A DNA stretch of 64,000 nt from an uncultured Acidobacteriota bacterium (GTDB lineage: Bacteria; Acidobacteriota; Thermoanaerobaculia; Gp7-AA8), in contig CAWGHO010000001.1 in NCBI GenBank assembly GCA_963822445.1, positions 864,001 to 928,000 on the forward strand. Direction: 5' to 3'. The notes below the pieces were generated by a model, which searched no databases, was not told the DNA's origin, and was given only the letters and a program-made list of their open reading frames with translations. The translations under genes were made by a program, and so were the position numbers. Of this stretch, positions 9,290 through 19,291 are shown in pieces (position 1 is the stretch's first letter; the number at the start of each line of letters is the position of its first letter).

Positions 9290-10257
9290 GCGCGCGCGCC
9301 GCGGTCATGGCCATGACCGCGTACACGCTGGAGTTGCGCGAGGCGGAGATCAAGCTCAATCAGAACGAGTCGCCGTTCGACTTTCCGTTCAAGCAAGCGG
9401 CGCTGGCCCGGGTCGGCGACCGCGCGTGGAACCGCTATCCCGATTTCGAGTCGATCGCGTTGCGCAGCGCGCTCGCGAAGGCGTACGGCTACTCGCCGGA
9501 CAACATCCTCGTCGGTAACGGGTCGAACGAGTTGCTCGCTGCCGCGATCGGCACGTTCGTCGGGCCGGGGACACCGGTCGTGCTCGCGCGCCCGACCTTC
9601 GCGCTTTACGAAAAGCTGGTGACGATCGCCGGCGGATTGCCGATTCACGTCGATGTCGACCCGGCGTCCGGACTCCTTCCGGTGGACGAGATGACCGCCT
9701 TCAACGCGCCGGTGGTCATCGTCTGTTCGCCGAACAATCCCACCGGCGGCGTCCTGCCGACGGGCGGTCTCGAACGCCTTCTCGCGACTGGCGCGACGGT
9801 TCTCTTCGATCGCGCGTACGGCGAGTTCGCTCGCGATACGCTACCGCCGCTGCACGACCGGCTCGTGACCTTCTCCACGTTCTCGAAAGCATGGGGATTG
9901 GCGGCGTTGCGCGTGGGCTGGCTGGCCACGACCGCGGCAACAGCACGCGAGATCCGCAAGGTGAAGCTGCCTTACTCGCTGAACATCGTTAGCGAGACCG
10001 TCGCCATGCTCGCGCTCGAACACCGCGACGTGTGTGAAGCGAACGTGAACCGGATCATCGCCGAGCGCGAGCGGATGCTCGCCGCGATGGGATCGATTGC
10101 GTTCCCCAGCCAGGCGAACTTCATCGCCTTCCGTTCACGCTTCGCCTTCGACGACTTCCTAGAACGGGGCATCCTCGTGCGGCGGTATGAGAACTTCCTG
10201 CGCGTCTCGGTCGGCACGCGCGAAGAGAACGACGCGTTTCTGGCGGTGCTCAGATGA
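9286..10257 (+). CDS. hisC: histidinol-phosphate aminotransferase
   Basis: KLNQNESP, NRYPD, VGNGSNE, CSPNNPTG, TFSKAWGLAALRVG. Confidence 0.93.
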   Translation: MSARAAVMAMTAYTLELREAEIKLNQNESPFDFPFKQAALARVGDRAWNRYPDFESIALRSALAKAYGYSPDNILVGNGSNELLAAAIGTFVGPGTPVVLARPTFALYEKLVTIAGGLPIHVDVDPASGLLPVDEMTAFNAPVVIVCSPNNPTGGVLPTGGLERLLATGATVLFDRAYGEFARDTLPPLHDRLVTFSTFSKAWGLAALRVGWLATTAATAREIRKVKLPYSLNIVSETVAMLALEHRDVCEANVNRIIAERERMLAAMGSIAFPSQANFIAFRSRFAFDDFLERGILVRRYENFLRVSVGTREENDAFLAVLR

Positions 10258-10841
10258 GAACCGCCACTCTCAATCGCACGACCAAGGAGACCGCAGTCTC
10301 GGTCGCCGTCGATCTCGACGGCACCGGCCGCTCGTCGATCGACACGCCGGTCGGATTTCTCTCGCACATGCTCGACGTGATTGCCCGTCACGGGCAGGTC
10401 GACCTCGACGTCATCGCCAGCGGCGACACGTTCATCGATTACCACCACACCGTCGAAGACACGGGCCTCGTCCTCGGCGAAGCCTTCGCCGCCGCCCTCG
10501 GCGACAAGCGCGGCATCCGCCGCTTCGGCAGCGCGTACGTCCCGCTCGACGAAGCGCTGGCGCGTGTCGTTGTCGACTTCTCCGGCCGGCCGTTTCTCGT
10601 GTTCGAAGCGCCGATCGATCGGGAGATGCTGCTCATTCACAAGGATTTCCCCTTCGCGCTGGTCGAGGAATTCTTCAAGTCCTTCGCGAACAAATGCCTG
10701 TGCAACATCCACGTCGATCTGATCCGCGGCCGCAACGGGCATCATGCGGCCGAGGCGATTTTCAAGGCGTTAGCTGTGGCGGTGCGTGTGGCGAAGGAAG
10801 TCGTCGGCAGCGAAGTGCCAAGCACGAAGGGGGTCATCTGA
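10254..10841 (+). CDS. hisB: imidazoleglycerol-phosphate dehydratase
   Basis: RTTKET, DYHHTVED, PLDEAL, NGHHAAEAIFKA, PSTKG. Confidence 0.96.
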   Translation: MRTATLNRTTKETAVSVAVDLDGTGRSSIDTPVGFLSHMLDVIARHGQVDLDVIASGDTFIDYHHTVEDTGLVLGEAFAAALGDKRGIRRFGSAYVPLDEALARVVVDFSGRPFLVFEAPIDREMLLIHKDFPFALVEEFFKSFANKCLCNIHVDLIRGRNGHHAAEAIFKALAVAVRVAKEVVGSEVPSTKGVI

Positions 10842-11479
10842 TGGTGACGCTCATCGATTCCCCCGTCGCGAACGTCGCCAACATCGCCCGCGCGCTTCGC
10901 ACGTGCGGGGCGGAGCTGGAGGTCACGCGAGACCCGCGGGCGATCGCGTCGGCAACGAAGCTCGTGTTGCCGGGCGTTGGCGCGTTTGCGACGGCGATGG
11001 CGTGGATTACCTCGGCGGGCATCGACAGCGCTGTCCGCGAGGCTGTTGCAAACGGGGGATGGCTGCTGGGGATCTGCGTCGGGCATCAATTGCTGTTCGA
11101 TGTGTCCCACGAAAACGGCGTGACCCGCGGCCTCGGCCTGGTTCGTGGCGAGGTGAGGAGGTTTGAGGGGCCGTCGACGGTTCCGCAGATTGGTTGGAAC
11201 GCCGTCCGGTGTAGTGTGGGCTTCCAGCCTACCCCCGGAGGTAGGCCAGAGGCCCACACCACACCGGCGCTCTTCGACGGAATCGCCGACGACGCCGCCT
11301 TCTACTTCGTCAACTCCTACGCCGTACGCAACGCGGAAAGCGAGATCGCCACCGCCGACTACGACGGCGCGTTCACCGCCGCGTTGCAGCAGGACCGAAT
11401 CTTTGGCGTCCAGTTTCATCCCGAAAAATCATCGACGGCCGGCCTGCAGGTCCTGCGGAACTTCCTCTCATGCAACTGA
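10841..11479 (+). CDS. hisH: imidazole glycerol phosphate synthase glutaminase subunit, with in-frame palindromic insertion
   Basis: LPGVGAF, LGICVG (catalytic Cys), [16 protein letters not shown]; ATG overlaps hisB TGA. Confidence 0.94.
   Translation: MVTLIDSPVANVANIARALRTCGAELEVTRDPRAIASATKLVLPGVGAFATAMAWITSAGIDSAVREAVANGGWLLGICVGHQLLFDVSHENGVTRGLGLVRGEVRRFEGPSTVPQIGWNAVRCSVGFQPTPGGRPEAHTTPALFDGIADDAAFYFVNSYAVRNAESEIATADYDGAFTAALQQDRIFGVQFHPEKSSTAGLQVLRNFLSCN
11206..11267. repeat. REP-like palindromic element inside hisH
   Basis: CCGGTGTAGTGTGGGCTTCCAGCCTAC-ccccggag-GTAGGCCAGAGGCCCACACCACACCGG imperfect inverted repeat. Confidence 0.8.
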
Positions 11480-12903
11480 TCCCGTCCCTCGATCTGCTCA
11501 ACGGCCAGGTGGTTCGCCTGACTCGCGGAGACTTTGCCACCGCCCGCGTTTACGGCGAGGCGGAAGCCGTGCTGGACGGGCTCGATGTGCCCCGCGGCAC
11601 GCGACTGCACGTCGTCGATCTCGAGGGCGCGCGCAGCGGACGGCCGATCGAGACGAACATCGTCTCGCGTCTCGCGCAACGCGATCTCATCGTCCAGGTC
11701 GGCGGCGGAATCCGCTCGCTCGACGACGCCCGCCGCTGGTTCGACTGCGGCGCGGAGCGGATCGTCGTCGGAACCGTTGCCGCGAATGCGCCATCGCTGC
11801 TGGCCGAGCTGGTGGAGACATTCGGTGCATCGTGGATCGTGCCCGCCGTCGATCTCCGCGACGGCGTCGTTCGCGTCGCCGGCTGGGAGCGCGACGCCGA
11901 GGCATCGCTGCGCGAGATTTTCGCCAGGATCGAGGAGCTCGGGATCGCCGAAGCACTGGTGACGGATATCGCTCGCGACGGCGCGATGCGCGGCCCGTCG
12001 TTCGCGCTCTACCGACAACTGAAGGCGATCACGAACGTGAGGATCATCGCGTCAGGCGGTGTCTCCACGTCCGGCGACGTCATCTCCCTGGCGCGCATGC
12101 CGAACGTCAGCGGTTGCGTGATCGGCAAGGCGCTTCTCGAGGGAGGGCTGCGCCTTTCCAGCATCCCGAAAGCAAACGCGATCCCCGAACGGGTCATCCC
12201 CTGCCTCGACATTCGCGAAGGCCGCGTCGTGAAAGGCGTCTCCTTCGAAACCATCCGTGACGCGGGCGATCCCGTCGAATGCGCGCGACGATACGAGGAG
12301 GAAGGTGCGGACGAACTGGTCATTCTCGACATCGACGCTTCCGGCGATTGCGAGACGATCCGCCGCGTCGCCGAGGCGCTTTTCATTCCACTGACTGTCG
12401 GCGGGGGTGTGCGCAGCGTCGAGGACTTCCGCGCGCTGCTGCGCGCCGGTGCGGATCGCGTCGCCATCAACACCGCGGCCTTGCGCCGTCCCGAGCTCAT
12501 TCGCGAATGCGCGAGCGAGTTCGGCGTGCAGGCGGTCGTCCTCTCCTGCGATGCGAAAGGCGGCTTCGCGTCAATCCGCGGCGGTCGCGAAGTCACGGAC
12601 GTCGATGCCGTCGAATGGTGCCGCCGCGCAGAAAAACTCGGCGCCGGCGAGATCCTCCTCACCTCCGTCGATCGCGACGGCACCGGCAACGGGTTCGACA
12701 TCGAGCTGCTGCGCGCCGTCACCGGCGTTGTGAAAATCGGCGTCATCGCCTCCGGTGGCGCCGGGCGCGTCGAGCATTTCCGCGACGCCATCGAATCCGG
12801 CGGCGCGCGCGCCGTCCTCGCGGCGTCGCTCTTTCACGATCGCGTGCTCACCGTCGGCGACGTCAAACGGCACCTCGCCGCAGAAGGGATTCCCGTCCGA
12901 TGA
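11470..12903 (+). CDS. hisA/hisF: fused HisA (ProFAR isomerase) and HisF (IGP synthase cyclase)
   Basis: N-half [38 protein letters not shown]; C-half [48 protein letters not shown]; single 477-aa frame. Confidence 0.9.
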   Translation: MQLIPSLDLLNGQVVRLTRGDFATARVYGEAEAVLDGLDVPRGTRLHVVDLEGARSGRPIETNIVSRLAQRDLIVQVGGGIRSLDDARRWFDCGAERIVVGTVAANAPSLLAELVETFGASWIVPAVDLRDGVVRVAGWERDAEASLREIFARIEELGIAEALVTDIARDGAMRGPSFALYRQLKAITNVRIIASGGVSTSGDVISLARMPNVSGCVIGKALLEGGLRLSSIPKANAIPERVIPCLDIREGRVVKGVSFETIRDAGDPVECARRYEEEGADELVILDIDASGDCETIRRVAEALFIPLTVGGGVRSVEDFRALLRAGADRVAINTAALRRPELIRECASEFGVQAVVLSCDAKGGFASIRGGREVTDVDAVEWCRRAEKLGAGEILLTSVDRDGTGNGFDIELLRAVTGVVKIGVIASGGAGRVEHFRDAIESGGARAVLAASLFHDRVLTVGDVKRHLAAEGIPVR

Positions 12904-13460
12904 AACTCATCCCGGCCATCGTCCGCGACGCGCGGAGCGGCGCGATTCTCACGCTCGCGTACATGAATGACGAGTCGCTCGCGCGCACGCGCGAGACCGG
13001 CGAAACCTGGTTCTGGAGCCGTAGCCGCAACGAGCTGTGGCACAAAGGCGCGACCTCGGGAAACACGCAGCGCGTGATGCACGTCGCCGAGGATTGCGAT
13101 GCCGACGCGCTGGTCATCACGGTCGAACCCAATGGCCCCGCGTGTCACAACGGCACGGCTTCCTGCTTTCCGGACGTTCCTCCGCCGGTGCTGGAGCAGC
13201 TCATGGCCACGTTGCGCGATCGCCACACCAACCGTCCCGCCGGCTCGTATTCGGTGAGCCTCTTCAACGCGGGGCGGGACAGGATCCTCAAGAAGATCGG
13301 CGAGGAGGCCACCGAGGTGGTGATCGCGGCGAAGGGGGAAGGGCGGGAGCGGATGGTCAGTGAGATCGCCGATCTCGTTTTTCACCTCAGTGTGCTGATG
13401 GTCGACGAGGGAATCGAGTGGAGCGCGATCGAAGGGGAGCTGGCGGAACGGGCGCGTTAG
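12900..13460 (+). CDS. hisIE: bifunctional phosphoribosyl-AMP cyclohydrolase / phosphoribosyl-ATP diphosphatase
   Basis: [57 protein letters not shown]; ATGA overlap. Confidence 0.95.
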   Translation: MKLIPAIVRDARSGAILTLAYMNDESLARTRETGETWFWSRSRNELWHKGATSGNTQRVMHVAEDCDADALVITVEPNGPACHNGTASCFPDVPPPVLEQLMATLRDRHTNRPAGSYSVSLFNAGRDRILKKIGEEATEVVIAAKGEGRERMVSEIADLVFHLSVLMVDEGIEWSAIEGELAERAR

Positions 13461-13471
13461 AATCGCGGCCT

Positions 13472-14857
13472 ATGTTGTCAATGTTGCGACGCCTCGCCCT
13501 CCTCCTGCTGATCGCGCTTCCGCTCGCCGCCGCCGAGCGCATCGACATCCTCATCACCGGGGGCACGGTGCTGACCATGGCCGGGCCGAACATCGAGAAC
13601 GGCTCGGTGGCCATCCGCAACGGCGAGATCGTGGCGGTCGGCCCGTCGCGCGAGATCGATTCGAAGTACACCGCGAAAACCGTCATTCGCGCGGGCGGCA
13701 TGGCCGTCACGCCGGGGTTCGTCAACGCCCACACGCATGTACCGATGGTCCTCTTCCGCGGCATCGCCGACGACCTCGATCTGATGGAGTGGCTGCAGAA
13801 CTACATCTTCCCGGCCGAGGCGAAGAATGTGGATCGGGAGTTCGTGAAGTGGGGGACGCGGCTGGCGGCCGCGGAAATGATCCGCTCCGGCACGACCACC
13901 TTCGCGGACATGTACTACTTCGAGTCCGACATCGCCCGCGAGACCAAAGCCGCCGGCCTGCGCGGCGTCCTCGGCGAAACGGTCCTCGATTTTCCCGCGC
14001 CCGACAACAAGACCTGGGACGCGGCCATGGCTTACATGCGCGAGTACGCGAAGAAGTGGAAGGGCGATTCGCTGATCACGCCCGCGTTCGCGCCGCACGC
14101 GCCGTACACCGTTTCGAAAGAGCATCTGAAGCAAGTCCGGGCGATGGCGACCGAGCTCGGAATCCCGATCCTCATTCACGTTTCCGAAACACGCAACGAA
14201 CTGCAACAGGTCGCGGAAAAACAGGAAGGATCCACGCCCGGCGCCTATCTCGACTCGCTCGGCTTCCTCGGCGATGACGTCGTCGCCGCGCACGGCGTGT
14301 GGCTGACGCCGGACGAGATCAAGACCTTCGCCGCGCGCAAAACCGGTGTTGCGCACTGCCCGGAATCGAATCAGATGCTGGCCTCCGGCGTCGCACCGAT
14401 CGTGGACATGATCCGCGCCGGCATGGAAGTCGGCCTCGGCACCGACGGTCCGGCCGGCTCGAACAACAATCTGGACATGCTCGAAGAAATGGCCAGCGCG
14501 GCCCGTCTGCAGAAAGTCACCCGCAACGATCCCAAGGCCATCAGCGCGCGCGAAGTGCTCCGCCTCGGCACGATCGGCGGCGCGCAGGTCCTCGGACTGG
14601 CGGACAAGATCGGGACGCTGGAACGCGGCAAGCGCGCGGACGTGGTGATCATCGACCTGCAGCAGGCGAAAGTGCAGCCGGTCTACGCCGTCGAATCGGC
14701 GATCGTGTATGCGGCTTCGGGCAATTCCGTCGTCACGACCATCGTCGACGGCAAGATCCTCATGCGCCGCGGCAAGCTGACCACCATCGATGAAGCGGAA
14801 GTGATGTCGAAAGCGAAGGAGTATCGAGAGAAGATTCTCGCCAGCCTCAAAAAGTGA
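13472..14857 (+). CDS. amidohydrolase (MtaD/SAH-deaminase-like) with N-terminal signal peptide
   Basis: PGFVNAHTH, APHAPY, HVSET, HCPESN, LGTDG, GTLERGKRAD; leader MLRRLALLLLIALPLAAA. Confidence 0.88.
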   Translation: MLSMLRRLALLLLIALPLAAAERIDILITGGTVLTMAGPNIENGSVAIRNGEIVAVGPSREIDSKYTAKTVIRAGGMAVTPGFVNAHTHVPMVLFRGIADDLDLMEWLQNYIFPAEAKNVDREFVKWGTRLAAAEMIRSGTTTFADMYYFESDIARETKAAGLRGVLGETVLDFPAPDNKTWDAAMAYMREYAKKWKGDSLITPAFAPHAPYTVSKEHLKQVRAMATELGIPILIHVSETRNELQQVAEKQEGSTPGAYLDSLGFLGDDVVAAHGVWLTPDEIKTFAARKTGVAHCPESNQMLASGVAPIVDMIRAGMEVGLGTDGPAGSNNNLDMLEEMASAARLQKVTRNDPKAISAREVLRLGTIGGAQVLGLADKIGTLERGKRADVVIIDLQQAKVQPVYAVESAIVYAASGNSVVTTIVDGKILMRRGKLTTIDEAEVMSKAKEYREKILASLKK

Positions 14858-16518
14858 AGCGACCGACTCTCCTTCTTCTCCTCGCACTTCTCTCCTGTGC
14901 GCCGGCGACGCCGCGGCCTGCGGTCGCGCCGGTTCCGTCGCGTGCGTTCCAGCCGCAACTCGTCGCGACGGGAACGGCGAGCCGCGTCGTGCTGCTGTCC
15001 TTCGACGGCCTCGGCGCGGACGCGCTGGCGCGGAGAACGGGACTGGCGTCATTCGACCGGCTCGCGCGGGACGGCGCATCCGCGCGCGTGATTCCCGTGA
15101 ATCCCACGCTCACCGGTCCCGCGCACGTGGCGCTTCTCACCGGCGCCGATCCGCAGAAAAGCGGCATCGTCTCGAATCGCTTTCACCTGCCGGGCACGCC
15201 CGCGGAGCAGGAAACGCGCGGGATGATGATCGATCCTGACGTGCAGACGCTGGTCGAAGCGGCGCGGCGGCAGGGAAAGCGCGTCGGCGCCATTTCCTTT
15301 CCGACGATTGACGGACGAACGCCGCGGCGAACCGCCGACTTTGGTCTGGCCTGGAGTGAACCGCTCGTCCGCGGACGGACGATCAGCCTCAAACGGGAGG
15401 ACTTCAAGCGCGAATGGGTTCCGCCGGGCTGGACTCCCCCGCCGAGCCGGCGGCAGTCATTCAGCCCGGTCATGCGCGCGCGGCTGGAGTGGGCCGTGCC
15501 CGCGCAGGCGCGCATCGACGTCGACGTGGTCGCGTACGACCGGTCGGATGATCGCATCGAGAATTACGACGTCATCTATCTCGAGAGCGGCGGATTCGAG
15601 ACCTCGCCCGATTCGCACGGCTGGTTTTCGATCTCCATGCGCACGAGTGAGGGACTGCACGGCTCGTGGTCGAAGCTGGTGCGCGCCGACGCCGCGCTGA
15701 GCCAGGTCGAGATTTACTGGGGACCGATCTCGCGCAACAACGCCTACCCGGCCGCGTTTCGCGATCTGGTCGATGAAGATGCCGGATTCTGGCCAGGGAC
15801 ACCCGACGAGCGTCTCGACCCGGCCACATTCAGCGAGCAGGTCACGCGGCTGGCGGAGTTCCTGACGCGCGTCCAGACCGTTGCCATCCGGCGGATGCCC
15901 TTTGATCTGCTGCTCGGATATCAACCGGCGATCGACGAGGCCTCGCACGCGCATCTCGGCAGGAACGAGGAAGTCCTCGGCAATGCGTTCAAGGCCGCCG
16001 ATCGCGCGGTCGATGCGATCTCGCGGCTCCTGGATCCGGCGCGCGACGCGTTCATCGTCACCGGCGATCATGGACTCATCGCCGCCGACCGCGAGGTTCG
16101 CGTGAACCGCCTGCTGGCCGACGCCGGATTCGCACCGCAGTGGCGCGCGTTCACGGCGGGGAACGTCGCGCAGATTTACGGAGACGGTGATCGGGCGCCT
16201 GTGGTCAACATGTTGACGGCGAGCGGTCACTTCGAGAAGGTGGAGCGGAAGTCCGCGACCGCGCATCGCAACGCCGGCGACATCGTGGCCATCGCCTTTC
16301 CCAACATCGCCCTCACCACGTCGAACGAGCCGCCCGCCGTCGCGCCGCGCTCGGCCGGTCAGCATGGAGCGTCGAACGCGCATCGAGAGCTGCACACGGT
16401 GCTCTTCGTGATCGGGCAGGGCGCGCCGAAGGGGGCGCTCGGCGAGATCGCGCAAACGCGGATTGCCAGGTTCGTGTCGTCGCTGTTGGGGATTGCGCCG
16501 CCGTCGGCAGCGGACTAG
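14854..16518 (+). CDS. alkaline phosphatase superfamily (nucleotide pyrophosphatase/phosphodiesterase-like) lipoprotein
   Basis: Lipobox LLSC; LLSFDG, NPTLTGPAHVALLTG, DEASH, TGDHG, GQHG. Confidence 0.85.
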   Translation: MKRPTLLLLLALLSCAPATPRPAVAPVPSRAFQPQLVATGTASRVVLLSFDGLGADALARRTGLASFDRLARDGASARVIPVNPTLTGPAHVALLTGADPQKSGIVSNRFHLPGTPAEQETRGMMIDPDVQTLVEAARRQGKRVGAISFPTIDGRTPRRTADFGLAWSEPLVRGRTISLKREDFKREWVPPGWTPPPSRRQSFSPVMRARLEWAVPAQARIDVDVVAYDRSDDRIENYDVIYLESGGFETSPDSHGWFSISMRTSEGLHGSWSKLVRADAALSQVEIYWGPISRNNAYPAAFRDLVDEDAGFWPGTPDERLDPATFSEQVTRLAEFLTRVQTVAIRRMPFDLLLGYQPAIDEASHAHLGRNEEVLGNAFKAADRAVDAISRLLDPARDAFIVTGDHGLIAADREVRVNRLLADAGFAPQWRAFTAGNVAQIYGDGDRAPVVNMLTASGHFEKVERKSATAHRNAGDIVAIAFPNIALTTSNEPPAVAPRSAGQHGASNAHRELHTVLFVIGQGAPKGALGEIAQTRIARFVSSLLGIAPPSAAD

Positions 16519-16738
16519 TAGTCGTCCGTGACCTGCGGAAACTGCCAGCGCGCCTCGCGGATCTCTTCCTGGATGATCTCCTGCTCCGGCGCGTCGGCGA
16601 GCTGGGGGACGTCCCAGTTGGCCATCCACATCGGGTTCATGTACGGCAGCACGCCGATGTGCTCGAGACGATACGGCAACCCCCGCGCGGCGAAACGCTC
16701 GTTCAGAAAGGCGACGACGTCCTTCGAGGAGGGATGGC

Positions 16739-16742
<4 letters not shown>
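16515..16742 (-). CDS. small hypothetical protein
   Basis: 75 aa, ATGA overlap with the upstream regulator, protein-like composition. Confidence 0.65.
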
Positions 16743-18105
<1,363 letters not shown>

Positions 18106-18109
<4 letters not shown>

Positions 18110-18978
18110 GACGTCTCGCCCAGCCCCGCTTCACGAAACGCGTACCACGCGGCCTTCCGCACCTCCGCGTCGATCCGATCCCGCTGCGAGTAATCCTCGG
18201 TGAAGTACTTGACCTCGTACGTCACCATCGAGTCGTCGCTGTCAGCCACGCGTGCGAGGCAGGGAACGTCGCGGGAAATGCCTTCGACACTCGACGCGGC
18301 GCGCGTCAGCAGTGCGATGACGTCGGACGGTGGGACCTTCGCGTCTACGGACAACGCCAGCACGCGCGCGTTCAGGTTGTTGCGGGGATAGACCTCGACT
18401 CGGTCGCGCGCCAGTACCGAGTTCGGAACGATGACGATGTTGTTGTTGAACGTGCGGATCCGCGTCCCGCGCCAGCGCACCGCTTCGACGGTGCCGATGT
18501 ATTCGCCGGTCTTGATCACGTCGCCGATCTCGAAGCTGTCCTCGAGGTGCAGGGAAATGCCGGCGAACAGATTGCCGAGCGTCTCCTGCAGCGCGAAGCC
18601 GAGGATCGCCGCGAGCACGGTGCCGGTCGTCAGGAACGTGACCACGCTCTTGTCAAAAACCGCCGAGAACACGGCCGCGAAGAGCAGCAGGCTGACCACG
18701 ATCGAGAGGAGCTCGCGAAGGATTGCTGGCGCGCGCACGCTCGAACGCTTCGTGGCGAAGACGTCGAAGCCGATCATGTCGATCAGGCGGACGATGAAGA
18801 AGATGGCCGGAATCCAGGCGAGGAACTCCAGCGCGGACAGCACCTTCGGCGGCTCGAAGTCGGTCTTTGCGATCCACTTCTGATTGTTCAGTGCGAAGCG
18901 GTAGAGGAGGATGAGCGCCGTCGCCACGACGAGCGGCATTGCGAGCCGTGAGACCCGCGCGCGCATGTGCGGGCTCAT
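18106..18978 (-). CDS. small-conductance mechanosensitive channel (MscS family)
   Basis: ILGFALQETLGNLFAGI, FEIGDVI, GTVEAVRWRGT, IVPNS. Confidence 0.9.
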
Positions 18979-19214
18979 GGCTGCGCGCCCTTGCGAGCGC
19001 GCATGAGGCGCAGCAGCTCGCGCGTGCCGATGATCAGGTGCACGACGCCGAGTCCGGAGATGAATCCGCGGACGAACGGGTTGTCGGCGAGCATGCCCAG
19101 CTGCAGGTGCTGGTGCAGGAGCGGATTGAGTGTCCAGATCCGCGTCCAGGGCACGATGGTGAAGAAGACTCCCGCCTCGAGGCAGTAGATGGCGAAAAAG
19201 AGCGGGATCGACAC
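18975..19214 (-). CDS. small membrane protein
   Basis: Two hydrophobic segments with PW..W..N motif; start set at GTG 19214 because TACAAT lies 9 nt upstream (alternative ATG 19277). Confidence 0.65.
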   Translation of the reverse strand: MSIPLFFAIYCLEAGVFFTIVPWTRIWTLNPLLHQHLQLGMLADNPFVRGFISGLGVVHLIIGTRELLRLMRARKGAQP

Positions 19215-19291
19215 GCGGACGGGATTGTAATCAACGGAAAGGGCCTCCGCGATGGGAGGCCCTTCGATTGAATGCATTGCCGGTGAATCAG

